Shown here: in pieces, positions 1 through 12,302 of the stretch | Layout of the letters: each line of letters begins with the position of its first letter | How positions within the stretch are numbered: position 1 is the first letter of the stretch | Origin: Rotaria socialis | Taxonomy: Eukaryota | DNA length: 53,475 nt | Assembly (NCBI GenBank): GCA_905331295.1 | Contig: CAJNYD010000011.1 | Location: 188,189-241,663, forward strand | Direction: 5' to 3' | Program-made: the position numbers and the translations under genes | The notes under the pieces: generated by a model | Databases searched by the model: none | What the model saw: only the letters and a program-made list of their open reading frames with translations | What the model was told of the DNA's origin: nothing

Positions 1-674
1 TCTATTCCATACTTAGAAAATTGATTGAAATGGTTTCAGATAACGTCTGGAGAAATGTGTAATCTGTAATTCGATGCGTCTCCATCTCTGCTTTTCAATG
101 GTGAAAATTGTAATTATCTGTCTTGTTTATATCCAAAGATACAGAAAACAGATCCTGCAGCCGTCACGTATGGTCGAAAAAACATCTTGTCGAAATTTTA
201 TTATTATGACATTAGTTCAAGTATCATCAAATACCATTGAAAAATAGAGCATCTGTGACTCTAACAGACTATACTGAGAGAAAGTTTCTTGAAGTTTGTT
301 AGACGCAGGGGTGCAGAATCTGCCGCAAAAATACAAAATTTCCCCAGACGGAAATTTTCTTTTCGGGAAATTTCCCCCACTATAAAATTGAATAATAAAG
401 CAAGGAATCCTCGTTTAAGATGTAGGTATATCCTTAAAAAAATTGTCAATAGTCTATGACTTGTTCTTTCATAATTCTTGCCATTGATGTTCTAAGTTTC
501 TCAAAAACCTACCGACTGTCTAAATATAACAGAAGCAGCTTATATACTTCATGTAAAGATTACAGAAAAAAATTGAATTTATCTATATGTACCAACAGGT
601 GCTTCATATAACTCTTGTAGATTTAGCGTATCAACAAATCTAACACCACCTAAACTGCTTCGAATAAAAAACAA

Positions 675-898
675 ANNNNNNNNNNNNNNNNNNNNNNNNN
701 NNNNNNNNNNNNNNNNNNNNNNNNNNNNNNNNNNNNNNNNNNNNNNNNNNNNNNNNNNNNNNNNNNNNNNNNNNNNNNNNNNNNNNNNNNNNNNNNNNNN
801 NNNNNNNNNNNNNNNNNNNNNNNNNNNNNNNNNNNNNNNNNNNNNNNNNNNNNNNNNNNNNNNNNNNNNNNNNNNNNNNNNNNNNNNNNNNNNNNNNN
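675..898. other. Assembly gap (run of N)
   Basis: Uninterrupted N run. Confidence 1.
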
Positions 899-1296
899 CA
901 CCATAAGGAAATATTTAAATTAACGATTCCTAAAAATAACTTAACCAGATATCATTGTGATAAAGAAACAACTGAAAGTAGCAGAACAATTACCAGTGGT
1001 GATTATGAGGATGCTAATAAATTTGAAAAATAACAGCAAGAAAATGTCATTCTATAATCTGCTGGCTTAGCAAAACCCATAAATCAGCACTGCCACTACT
1101 TTTGGATACCCCTAGGTAACTTACTGATTTATTTCTAATTTAACAGTTTAAAAGACAAACTTATAAGAAAAACCTATACAAAGATAACCTATAAATCGTT
1201 GTTAGCTCTAAGATATAAGGAATGAAAGAGAGATATATAAAGAGCGAAATAGACAAGCAATGTCACTGATGTTATGTGACAGAACGAAGCAAAATA

Positions 1297-1368
1297 TGAC
1301 CTTCATGGGGGTCGAACCCATACCTTCTGCTGTCCGGGCAGATGTCCTACCAGTTAGACTAGAAGAAC
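1297..1368 (-). pseudogene. Degenerate tRNA-like sequence (tRNA pseudogene or SINE head), nominal anticodon GGA
   Basis: Reverse complement GTTCTTC TA GTCTAACTGGTAGGAC A TCTGC CCGGACA GCAGA AGGT ATGGG TTCGACC CCCAT GAAGGTC A folds as a 72-nt cloverleaf with A and B boxes. It has a T:T mismatch in the acceptor stem, C33 instead of U33, and a short variable loop unlike a true tRNA-Ser. Confidence 0.7.
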
Positions 1369-1555
1369 GTATTAATCTTCGTTTAGCGTTAGTGACGGAT
1401 CACACTAACGCTAACAATCGTGATCAATATTTAGGCTCTCATAGTCACAAGTGAACTAAAGTTTAACATTTAGACAAATAAAAATAGACTAAAAACTATC
1501 GCACATATTCCTTATTGACTTATCGATTCACACAAGTCACGCGTACGAATTGCTC

Positions 1556-1725
1556 CCCAGGTCGAGCATTACAGTGACCTGATACGATCGTAAACGGCCG
1601 TATACGGCAACGTATACTACCGTTTTATAACGTTTCCGACTGTAAATCGCCGTAATTCTACGTTTTGGCATGCACCGTATTTCGCCGTGTCGTAAACAGT
1701 TACTAACGGCCGTAATGTGGTCGAA
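1556..1725. mobile_element. Left end of a CCCAGGTCGA-family non-autonomous DNA element (partial)
   Basis: Begins CCCAGGTCGAGCA, like the TIR at 7205, followed by a CG-rich tract of CCGTA/TACGG motifs. No matching right end found. Confidence 0.55.
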
Positions 1726-4145
1726 TATTTAGTTGCACACCTTTTGTTGTAATCATCATTAACTAAATTTTCTAGTTGAATAACATCATATTTTTGAAAG
1801 CTACTATAATCAGTAACAAATAATCTGATCGAATAATTCCTAGTCATTCTGATAGTGCTTTACAAGGATTAATTATTTTATTTAGATCTGCAGTCTTATT
1901 TACATCGTCTTTTTTAAATTGATTTTATGTGATCTAAATTCTAAAAGAGTATTGGCGGAGACATATGAAGTATTGATTGTTGCCACAGCGTCATATACAT
2001 CTAGCGTACTGATTTTAATCTCCATGAGTCAAAATAGTCGAAATATTAAAATATACTAAAGAAAGACAAAAGAAAGATGTTTCTAGTATAGTAACATTCT
2101 ATAGTTTTAAACATGATTATAGCATTTTAGAAGAAAACTAAGTTGTTAATAAGAAAGATCGATTTCTTGATTTATGATGGGCACTGATAAGAATAAGAAA
2201 GCGTACAGATACCTATGAGACAAAAGGTTTTCTATCAACCATGATGATTAAAATTCGTATGATCAGTAATCAATTGAATCTAAGTCAATATGTCATAAAA
2301 ATTGTATTGATTTCTAGAGTAAAACATGAAATCAATCACGCGAAACTACTAATTTTTATCGGAAGAAGAAAATACACATAGATTTATAAAATTTATTACA
2401 AATATTTACGTAATCATAAATTTTTACAACGTAGAAGATAACATATGTTCCATAATGAACAGATTTGGTATTTGACTTATTTCTCTCCGATATTTGAACA
2501 TAACGAGATCAGCTTCTTTTCGATAGATTGACCTTTCCGTTTTTTACGTAGCCGTCAACTAACAGAAGTAGTATAAGTTATTGTTTCACACCTAGTGAAA
2601 TTTTAATACATTTAAAATGTGTCACTTTTTACACTTTTGTTACAATTGTCATTTTCAAGAAATTTTATCAGTTCGACAATAATTAGAATGAAGCCTTCAC
2701 GATTATCGTAGAGTTCATTATTTTCAAAAGAAAAATCAAATATCATTATAAATGAATAACATAGATATTGCTACAACTGTTTTGAAAATTTGTGTGTAAA
2801 ATCTTTCTTGATTAGACTTTTGAAGTCATAGATGAGAACCTTGTCTTTTTGTTTTGAAAAAAAAAACAAACGCATCATTCCTTCTTGTGGATTTGAGAGA
2901 TTAAAATAATGTCGCACAAGTTGTGCGAATAGTCATTTCCTCAGTTAATTAACTGTTCGATTCATTACATTTATTGTCAGATTGATCAAAGTATTCGTAA
3001 ATTAGAATGTAGAGAGATTGGTTTTTCTAAAGTGATGCGTTCTAAATCAATCTTTTTAATTGAGCCTAAACAAATACCTATGCGCAGATTTACAAAGAAT
3101 TGAATGAAGTATGAACAAAAGAAAAACAAAGTATTACTTCACTCTATACTAATTTCTAAAAACAAGATTTTAATATTTTATGATGCATCAACATGCACAC
3201 ATAACATGTTCTTAAATGTGCCGAGACTTTTAACAACACGATATTAACTGAAAATAAATAGTGCGAGAATTCATTTAGATCTTTACTACAGAACAGAACG
3301 AACCAGCTCACAATAATTATAATAACATTAATACAAGATTTTCAGAGCGCTAACCCACCTGCATAACTCTCTCGTTCTCTTTCATCGTAAAATCTAATTT
3401 CTTTCTGTAAAAATTTCAGAACTCAGAATAAACAAATTCTAAAAGAACTTTATAGAGAAGAAGGGCACCAAGTTCCAGAAAAGGGTTTTTGTTTCGACAC
3501 CTATTGTTACACTCAAGGGTGAACTGCAGGTTTGGAACCTCCCACACCTCAGAGATTTTTCATCATGGAATTTGGATTCTTTTTCACAAGTTTATTGTGT
3601 ATTTCATGAAAAATTAATTTTTAACACTTGGAATCCCTCTGAAGGGTCGAAAAAACTTTTTTTATTCTGGTTTTAATATAGATAGTTATATTTCCATATA
3701 ACTAAGCTTTCTGATTACAAGTATTTTCTCATTTTTGAAATTCATCTAATAATAAGAAAAATATGAAGCACTCTTGGAGCTTTAAAAAAACCAGTTACTG
3801 ACCTAAAGATCCATGAATATTCGATTTGTACTGTTTGAAAATAGGTCTGTTCGATGCAGAATTTTTTTTTTCTATCAGAATATATAAGAACGACTTAGAT
3901 ATTGAATCTTTTTTTCTCTCGATAAATTTCAAATACCACCCCGACCGGGTCATACAGTTACAAGTACTGCTTTTCTCAGTCGTATGAAATGTAGTTTTTC
4001 GAGGTATACCAGTTAGATTTTCTTACCGGATACGTAATTGAATGTACTCTTTCTAATAAAACTGTTTTCAACTTAAAACTCGATGGAATTTGAAGTGTTT
4101 TCGCGCCAATACTAGTGTTGGAATCGAATTTCTGCCATTGCTTGG

Positions 4146-4582
4146 CTGATACTTGATAGTTTCAAACAGAATAATTCCTATGCTACTGAATATAAATATT
4201 ATATTTGTTTTAAGCACAAAATCTGAGTGGATATAATTATTTCTATAAGTTTTGTTTTCGATCAGCCGTTTTACTCTGGTCTCCTTCAGGATCATTTGAA
4301 AACAAAATATTTTATTCAAAACAGCTATTTGATTGATTATTAATTAGTCTATTTTATCTCAAACATCATTCCCAAAGTTTGGAAACTTCTAGCATTGTCT
4401 ACATGGCTTTTAGAGTAAGCTTATTTTTTCGTTTATCCATGACGGGGACCAGGGGTGAAAATCTGACCGAAAACAAAAGTTATAGAAATAATTAAATCAA
4501 ATTAGATTTTGTGCTTAAAACAAATATAATACTTAAATTCAGTCTAATGGGAATTAATCTGTTTGAAACTATCGAATATCAG
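4146..4582. repeat. Long imperfect inverted repeat (foldback/MITE-like), arms ~4146-4265 and ~4463-4582
   Basis: Examples: gatagtttcaaacaga / tctgtttgaaactatc and tattatatttgttttaagcacaaaatct / agattttgtgcttaaaacaaatataata. Confidence 0.8.
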
Positions 4583-4589
4583 TCGCATG

Positions 4590-4874
4590 TAGAGGTGTCA
4601 GCCGTACGGCTGAGCCGCCGCTGACATCAATACATATGCGATCGAATCGAACATTTTTCTTTTAATTTTCGTCAGTGAATTTTTAACTGAGCCGTCGCTG
4701 CCACATAAGGACTTACAAATATCAGCCGACGCCGCCGCTGTGAAAAAAATTTTAAGAATTTGTAGCAGCCGCCGCTGAAGACATTACTCATTCAAATAAC
4801 GAGTCACTGGAATTCTTCAAAAATTGAAAACTGTTGCCCGCCGTCGCCGTTCAACCCTTCGGCTGACACCTCTA
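4590..4874. mobile_element. MITE with TAGAGGTGTCAGCCG TIRs (hAT-like ends) and internal GCCGCC repeats
   Basis: Perfect 15-bp TIR TAGAGGTGTCAGCCG / CGGCTGACACCTCTA. No clear TSD. A related left end is at 52526. Confidence 0.85.
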
Positions 4875-4965
4875 AATATGACCTTAACAACTAGGTGATC
4901 ATTAGATTAATTCTTTGCCTTCGAACTTTCTTAGAAGAAAAACTCGTAGTTTAATTTTTTTTAAA

Positions 4966-6960
4966 CTAACCATTTGATGATAAATAGATGTACGCTTGTT
5001 GGTCCACAACAACATGACGATCGAGTAAAATTGTCGATATTTTATCAATAGATTCATCTTCTGAAATCAATAAACGATTACATGGTAAACATTGATAGAC
5101 TTTTAAAAGAAATTCAAATGTTTGTTCATCTAATGCATCAATAACATTTATGTTTGCTTGATGTAATTCAAATAGAAATGTTTCATTAATGCATGATAAT
5201 GAAATAATGAGGTTAACGTTAATTAAATACTTTTTAACAAATTGCCGATAAACTAATGTGTCATATGAAAAAAATTCTTGGTTATGATCAACTATTGTGA
5301 ACAATGAAGATTTATCAAATTCTGATGATTGTATATTTAAAAACAAAATCGTTAATTGACTATTTGAAATAAAAGATGGGAGTAACTTATGAGAATTATG
5401 AATCGGTAAAAGAATACCATCAATTAAACGCGATTGTTTTACCGATGAGCCAATTGTAACAAATGATAGTTGTTGATTATAAATAAGATAATCATCAATT
5501 CGATCGAGATTATCTGAAGAAAAAACAAAACATAATTCCTATCGAAATTCAAGTGTAAAAAGTCATGTCATTGTGGGTATTTTATTTTATTTATCTTTGA
5601 ATTGAATATTTGCTCAATTTTCCAAAAGCTCAATAAGAAAAAAGTTCATATGTGAAAACGAGATTTAATGGATATATATGCATGAGTCGTATATGAATAT
5701 CTATGTCAGAAATGGGCAAGTCAAATCATTTTTGACTTGACTTGACATTTTTTTTGAAGTTAAGATGACTTGACTTGACTTGTGACTTGATGCATATAAA
5801 AAAAGTCAAGTCAAGTCTAAAAATGTATATATATGAAGGTATTTTATTCACTTCAATTTCTATTTTCTAACTTAAAATTTAATGAAAAATAGAAATGAAG
5901 ATGAGGACATATGCTCAGATATTGAAATTGCGTGAAATAAGATAATGCTGTTAAAATATGTGGAAGTTTTTTTCTCAATTTCTATTGAGCGTTTCATTTC
6001 CCAACAATTTGTTTCACGAAAATACATTATTTCCTTTGTTTTTATAAAAATTTAATTGATTCATACGTTAGAAAACTATAATATGGGCCAAGGAAACAAT
6101 GCTGTCGGTAATTTGCTTTTAATTTAAGAAAACTTAATGAAAACCTGGTTGAATTCCAACTTGGCTTGAAAATTTTCTGAAGTTAAGATGACTTGACTTG
6201 AGTGGAGCCAAAAAATCTCTGACTTGCCCATCTCTGATCTGTGTTACGGAAACATCAAATGTTGTTAAGACATCTATCGCAAACTGTGATGGGGCGTTAC
6301 TAAGAAATTTATGATTAACTACTTCTAATATGTTTATGTCATTTCCGTAATAATGCTTGTGATATTCTGTTGGAAGTGCATGCAATATTCTAGTTTATAT
6401 ACTTCAATCCTCTTCATAAGTCACGCTCAGAAAAAAATATAAATATGCTCACGTTTGACTAAACGGCAAAGAAGATGATGATAAAAGTTTTGCCGATCAA
6501 AAATTAACCTAGGCAACGTATCAAGAATATGGTCAATTAATAATTCAATATTAATGTCTGCTTTTTTTTCAAGAATATTTCTCTTTGTTATTGGATATTC
6601 AATAGAAGTTAATTTTTTGTATATATTTGATAACAATAAACGTCGTTCACAGATGTTCATCTCCATAAGAGTTTGATCCATACATAGAGTATGTATAAAA
6701 AATGCTAATGTTTTTACATTTGTACCTAATTGTTCTTCAAATGAAACAAAATGATTGACAAGAAGTTGTGTAATACCAGCTGAAGTATGGATATTAGTTA
6801 GAGATCGATGAGCACGAACTAGATCTGCACCGAATATTAGTTGAGCAAAATGGCCATCGGTACTACAATGAAGGGCGTAACGTTGGATACATTTTGTAAA
6901 TAGATGGCATATGTTGTTCAAACTAGATTTGACTTGATCGGGAAATGAAGAAGTTGGCAT
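4966..6960 (-). CDS. Chaperonin-like Bardet-Biedl protein (BBS10/BBS12/MKKS-like); exons 6960-6453 and 5513-4971 (or stop at 4966); 3' end uncertain
   Basis: Phase-1 join (C|gtgagc ... ttcag|AT) gives a continuous frame. 'TSAGITQLLVNHFVSFEEQLGTNVKTLAFF' resembles the group II chaperonin equatorial segment with a degenerate GDG motif, and 'QSRLIDGILLP' resembles the apical-domain entry. Confidence 0.55.
5707..6236. mobile_element. hAT-family MITE within the chaperonin-like gene intron
   Basis: TIRs CAGAAATGGGCAAGTCA / TGACTTGCCCATCTCTG, subterminal GACTT repeats, and 8-bp TSD atctatgt (5699-5706) / atctgtgt (6237-6244). Confidence 0.9.
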
Positions 6961-7204
6961 GATTAACTAAATGAAATGATTGTATTTTATTAATATTAAT
7001 TCTCAAAATTATAGATTTTACTGCACAATTGTATTTCACCTTTTTGATTAAAAAGAAGAAGATCATACCAAGATTCAGAAAAAAAAGTATATATATATGC
7101 AAGGAAATTCTTTCAAATCACATGTTGGGTATGAAATAACCTATGAGGAAACCATCGCAACTGATAAATAGCGAGACTAGCAGAAACATTGAAATTTTAC
7201 ATAT

Positions 7205-7437
7205 CCCAGGTCGAACAGTCCGGCCTGGAAACGGCCGGTTTCGGGTAGTTTCGTTGATTTTGCGGAAGCAGTATTCCGGTTGGAAAATTTTCCGGTGATT
7301 TCCGATCAATTCCTGCCGTTTTCTTTGATGGGAATACTGCTTCTACGTTCCAGCGATTTCCTGCAGGATATGGTGACTTTCTCGCATATTTTCTGGAGTA
7401 TCCTACGGAATCCGGTGACCGGAATGTTCGACCTGGG
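7205..7437. mobile_element. MITE with CCCAGGTCGAACA TIRs
   Basis: Perfect 13-bp TIR CCCAGGTCGAACA / TGTTCGACCTGGG, flanked by ATAT on both sides. Interior rich in CCGG/GGAA. Confidence 0.9.
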
Positions 7438-7648
7438 ATATACTGGAATATCTAAAAACCAAAATCTTCACATTGAATGCTCACTATAGTGAAAAGCTCA
7501 TATGCATTGTACAATATCCTAAGTTTCAGATAAAACCATGGATTCACTTTAAAAACACCTATTTTTCGTTTCGAGTAAGCACCAAAGTAAAATAAATTTT
7601 TTTCGAAGCTCTATCTCTCAATAGTATGAAAGTTTTCATGATAGACTA

Positions 7649-7998
7649 CCCTAGTCGAACTTCTTTTATTCATGCGCTTGCCAAGACTTGAGCTCAAGAT
7701 GTGCCCATAGTGCATGACTTTCTTGCTCGAGACAAGCGTTTGAATGTTTGCATGAGTTACAAAAAAAATGCAGCTATACATTTTTATTACAAGTTGAGTT
7801 ATTTTGAACGTAAAATTGAAAAAGTTCTTTAATAACAGAAACGTTTAGATAAAAATTCAAGCGCATGAGCAAGAAGTTTAAGAACTTGAACTCATCGAAA
7901 GGCTTCATGTCTTGCTTCAAGATGTGTCCATAGTTCTTGACTTTCTTGATCAAGAAAATCAAGAATTGCATGCGCTTGCAAAAAAAGTTTGACTAGGG
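7649..7998. mobile_element. MITE with CCCTAGTCRAACTT TIRs
   Basis: TIR CCCTAGTCGAACTT / AAGTTTGACTAGGG (one mismatch), flanked by TA. Internal direct repeats (caagatgtg.ccatagt...tgactttcttg) and catgcgcttg motifs. Confidence 0.85.
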
Positions 7999-8718
7999 TA
8001 GGTAATAAATATTTATGAAAATTTCTAGCTTTGTAAGATTCAACTGCTTAAGTTCTAATTAACCTATCTTCGAATAGGTTTATGTGTAAGCTATGATCTT
8101 AAATTGAGATGATTCTACTTCAAATCTATAATGACATTAATTGCGAGTTCTTATTTATTAATTAGAATTCACTCAGATTAAATAAATAAGCTTCTCTATC
8201 CGATAGGAAACACTGGAACAAGTCACAACGAACTTCGAATTCTTATAAAAATTTTAATTCTCAAATGAAAAAAATATTCACTTACATTTCGTTGTTAGTG
8301 AAGTCATCTTTGTTCCAGTAAATTATATCAGCCATATTATAATATCTCTTCTGCAAGTTTCCAAGATAATCTCTATAGTTGAAAATTCGACAGATGTCGT
8401 TAATATGAGATAAAAAATAAAATAAAATGAATTGAATCGAATTTATATTTTTTTTTTTAGTATAATAATTTGTGATTGCTTTCTATAAAAAATATAACTA
8501 TCAAATATTCTACTGTAGATGGCCTTCTGTTACAATATGATTCACTGAAAAATAGCGAATCTTCTTCAGTTTGAGCAGTCAAGCGTTTCATCAATTTTTT
8601 TAATTAAATTTAAAAGTGTCTCTTTTATTAACAGTGATCATTTTAATCCATATTAATATCCAAATTATTTTTAATAAATAGTATCTATCGATATATATAC
8701 AAATGCTAACTTGAAATA

Positions 8719-11700
8719 ATGCACTGGTCATCTGTGATAAAGCCATCAAATAATCAAATCTATATACTATCTGAAGAGGATCGTACGCGTATTTATCAAT
8801 TATTAAATGACTTAGATAGTGATCAACTACGTTTACTTCTTACAAAGCATTTACAAAATCCTTCTTTATCGAATGACATGCAAAATTATACACATGCACA
8901 GCTGTTTCAGGAATGTTTCTCACTTGTGAATAATTCTTATACAGTTGAATTAGGGCAAACATTGCATGCTTTGCGACAACAACGTTACTCATCGGATTAT
9001 TTTCAACAACAAAGTGTACCGAATTTTCGAACACCGTTTAATCAAGATCAAACACGTTTTTTTACACATACCGCAATGCAACATAATGGACGACCAAACA
9101 TTATTGTGTCAGCATCTCCTGTAATGGTACAACACTTAAGAATGAGTAAATATATAATAAAATGTTTCATAAAGTATTTGAAAAAGATATTGAATTATTA
9201 TTAAACAAAAAAGTTGAATCGATTGTTGTTCTTATTTAAACATTTTTTTGATGGAATATTTTTATCGTATTTCATTCTTTCTTATCCTTTCGATTAACAT
9301 TGAGTTTACCTATCTATTACAGATCATTTTAATACTCTTTCAAGATTGTTCGACTTTTTCTAATGTATATCAGAATTTACAACAAATAACATATATTCAT
9401 TCGAATATTATAGCCTACGGCGCGAAAGTCTTGAAATAAAGTACTCATTTTTCGACCATTAAAAAAACAAATGGTTAAAACAAAAACCAGTGAGTTATAA
9501 CAAGTACTTTTCACGCTGTCTGTTGTGAGATTAAACGAGTATTGTAATCTTATTTCTATATAGAACGAGAGTTTGTTAACTTTTATATTCCGATTGAAAT
9601 CCATGAAATTCAAAAAAAAATGAAATAGCTTCTTCAAACTTGAATTACAAACGTATTCTGCGCTCGTTAATAGTATTTTATATTTGATTGCGTGACTAAC
9701 TAAATTGAAATGTGTATGAATACTATTTGTTTACCTGGGATTTATTCAGACTCTAATGAGAATAGTTGCAAGATTATGTATTCATGCATTAGTTTATATT
9801 TAAGTAATATTGCGTTAATTGCGTTGACATCTTATTCTGATTGCTTTCAATTATCGATATACGTATCTTATGATGACAGCATCCTATTTAGACCTTACAC
9901 ATACCAGTTGACAGTAAATGTAACATAAGACGATACTATTCTCTAATTCATTTTGACTTTCTCGATCGAACACATCAATTTAAGAGAAACGCTAAACTTC
10001 GGAATAAGAAATTTCTCAACTTTAGCCTACGGGCCAATAAAACGCTTGCCATATTTTATTTTCTCTTTTGAGAATGATCCATTTCTCATTAGATCAATGT
10101 AGCAGTTTCTCTAACGCCTTTAATCATCGCTGTTGCATTCGTAATTCTAAAATAAATAAATGCGAAAATATCGGATGTGCATCCGATTGTTATGTGTACT
10201 TCAAAAACTGAGTCGATTTATATATGTTGTAAATAGTTCTGAGAAAAAGTTTTTTTTTTGAAAAAAACCCTGTACCCCCTCCCGTCAGGTATGGTCTGAT
10301 CAATAATGACAATTTTTTTCGATAAATCAGCCATTTTTTGACGGATCCTTCTCATCTTTGAACGCGACTGAAATATTGATGAGACCCTTCTGCGTACAAA
10401 ATTTCGTGACGATCGAATGAGGCTTTCAAAAGTTAACGGCCGGACACGCTGACCGAAAATCTAGTGTACTCACTTTTTGAGTACACAAAAATTGATGCAT
10501 TTCTCTCTACCAATTGTCTGATATTTCTAATGACACTTGTATTTTGTTTAGATCGACCAAATCTGAATCATTTACAACCGATTAGTAATAATGATCCTCG
10601 TTCATCTCATCAACAAGCTCAACGAAGTACTTACATAACTTCAATTCTTGCTCGCCCGTTACAGATCAGATCGTCGTCTCCTTCGGTTGAACCAATTGTA
10701 AATAATTCATTAACAACGGTTTTGCAACAATATCAAATTCCACTTTTACCCGCGCCATCATGTATCCAATCGTCAACATCGTCTTCTCGCCAAACTCCTA
10801 TTTTACCTGCACCAAGTAATGCTCAAAATTTAACATTCCATAAAATAACTTTTAAAAACTTACCATTTTATCATACAATAACATGTGTTCATGAACGTAA
10901 TCATATATTTCACTATGATTCATATCGTAAACAGTTTACAGCTCATGACGCTTTTATTTTACCAGTAGATATATGTAATCAATTAAGTTTATCTTACGAT
11001 TATATTTCTGATCTGAATATTCATACAACAAGTAAATGTCTTCTATTACGTCTTGCACGTATTGATCAACCACCTGCATTTAATGGACAATATGAAGATA
11101 ATCTACCACCAAATTTAACTATTGTTGTAAATGGACATACTTTATCAAATTTGCCTACACCAAAAGCTTCTACACGACAGCAAACTGATTTAATACGTGC
11201 TGGTCGTGAAATTGATATAACTCCACATATTATGTTTAATCCGATATTAAAAAATGAAATTACAATTACATGGTCATATCACACGGATAATACTAGTTTA
11301 CACATACAATATGTAAATGCTAAATATGCGTTACATATTTATCTTGTCGAACGTTTAACAGTGGAAAAATTATGTGACAAAATTACCAACAAAATCGGAA
11401 GATTCTATCGTCATGATTCAGTTAAATTGTTAGCTAATGCTCGTGCTAAAGATGGCGATCTTGGCTTAGAAGTTAGCGATCAAAAATTAAAATTAATATG
11501 CCCTATTGACCAAAGACTGTTAAGAAAGCCTATACGTGCTACAACTTGTCAACATTTACAATGTTTTGATTTAACAAATTATATTGGTAAAGACAAGAAG
11601 AATTTTTCGAACGTTTGTCATTTTTCTTAAATAACAATAGATACCTCGTTTTTACCTACAGAGAATAAGTTCGATTCCAGTTGTTTCAAACGAGAATTTC

Positions 11701-12183
11701 CTGTTTGTAGCAATCCACTATGTTTTTGTTTAATGGCAAAAACATTTTAGAAAAATATTATCATTATTGAAAAGAAATCAGTAAATACGAGATTAACATA
11801 ACATCCGTTAGAATATGGATCATCTAAAAATTCTTCTCGTTTCATTGACAATTATTCCTTTTTTTTCACCTAGAAAACTAATTTATTTTGAGTCTAAATA
11901 TCCATCTTATTATCTTTTAGCATTAAATGAAAAGTCAAACAAATGGATGTGTCCTGTTTGTAATAAACCTGCATTATTTGACGATTTACAAATTGATTTA
12001 CATACAGAAGCAATATTGAATTCGATAAAAAATGAAAACATAACCGAAATAACAATTAAAGCAGATCTTGATTGGAAACCTGTTATGCCAATAAAAACTG
12101 ATGACGAATCAGTAGGCTCAAGTTCAGCAATACGTGCTATGTCATCTTCAAATGATATTATATATATTGATGATGATGATTAA
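8719..12183 (+). CDS. PIAS/Siz-like SUMO E3 ligase, divergent paralog; exons 8719-9145, 10552-11586, 11921-12183
   Basis: Phase-1 joins keep the frame. PINIT-like region (DNLPPNL..VNG; REIDIT), SP-RING (CPID..IRATTCQHLQCFDL..WMCPVC) and C-terminal SIM IIYIDDDD. Confidence 0.88.
10191..10490. mobile_element. Probable MITE in PIAS intron 1
   Basis: Imperfect TIR gtgtacttcaaaaactgagt / actcactttttgagtacac around a higher-GC interior. Confidence 0.55.
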
Positions 12184-12302
12184 CAGTGTTTGCTTTTTCT
12201 GTGATAAAAATTGAATTTAGGGAAAGGACTTGATAACAACAATAATAATAATAATAATAATAATGATAATAAATATTTCTTTTCCTTTTTTTGTTTCAGA
12301 TA

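Noticed and set aside
650..904. ORF of X residues
   Set aside because: Artefact of the N gap.
3460..3960. Possible decayed DNA transposon
   Set aside because: Repeat-like composition, but no TIR pair or TSD could be defined.
5715..5820. GACTT arrays as CRISPR or telomeric repeats
   Set aside because: They are subterminal MITE motifs with no spacers and no cas genes.
6134..6385. 83-aa ORF as an extra chaperonin exon
   Set aside because: It runs into the hAT MITE, and exons 1 and 2 already join in frame without it.
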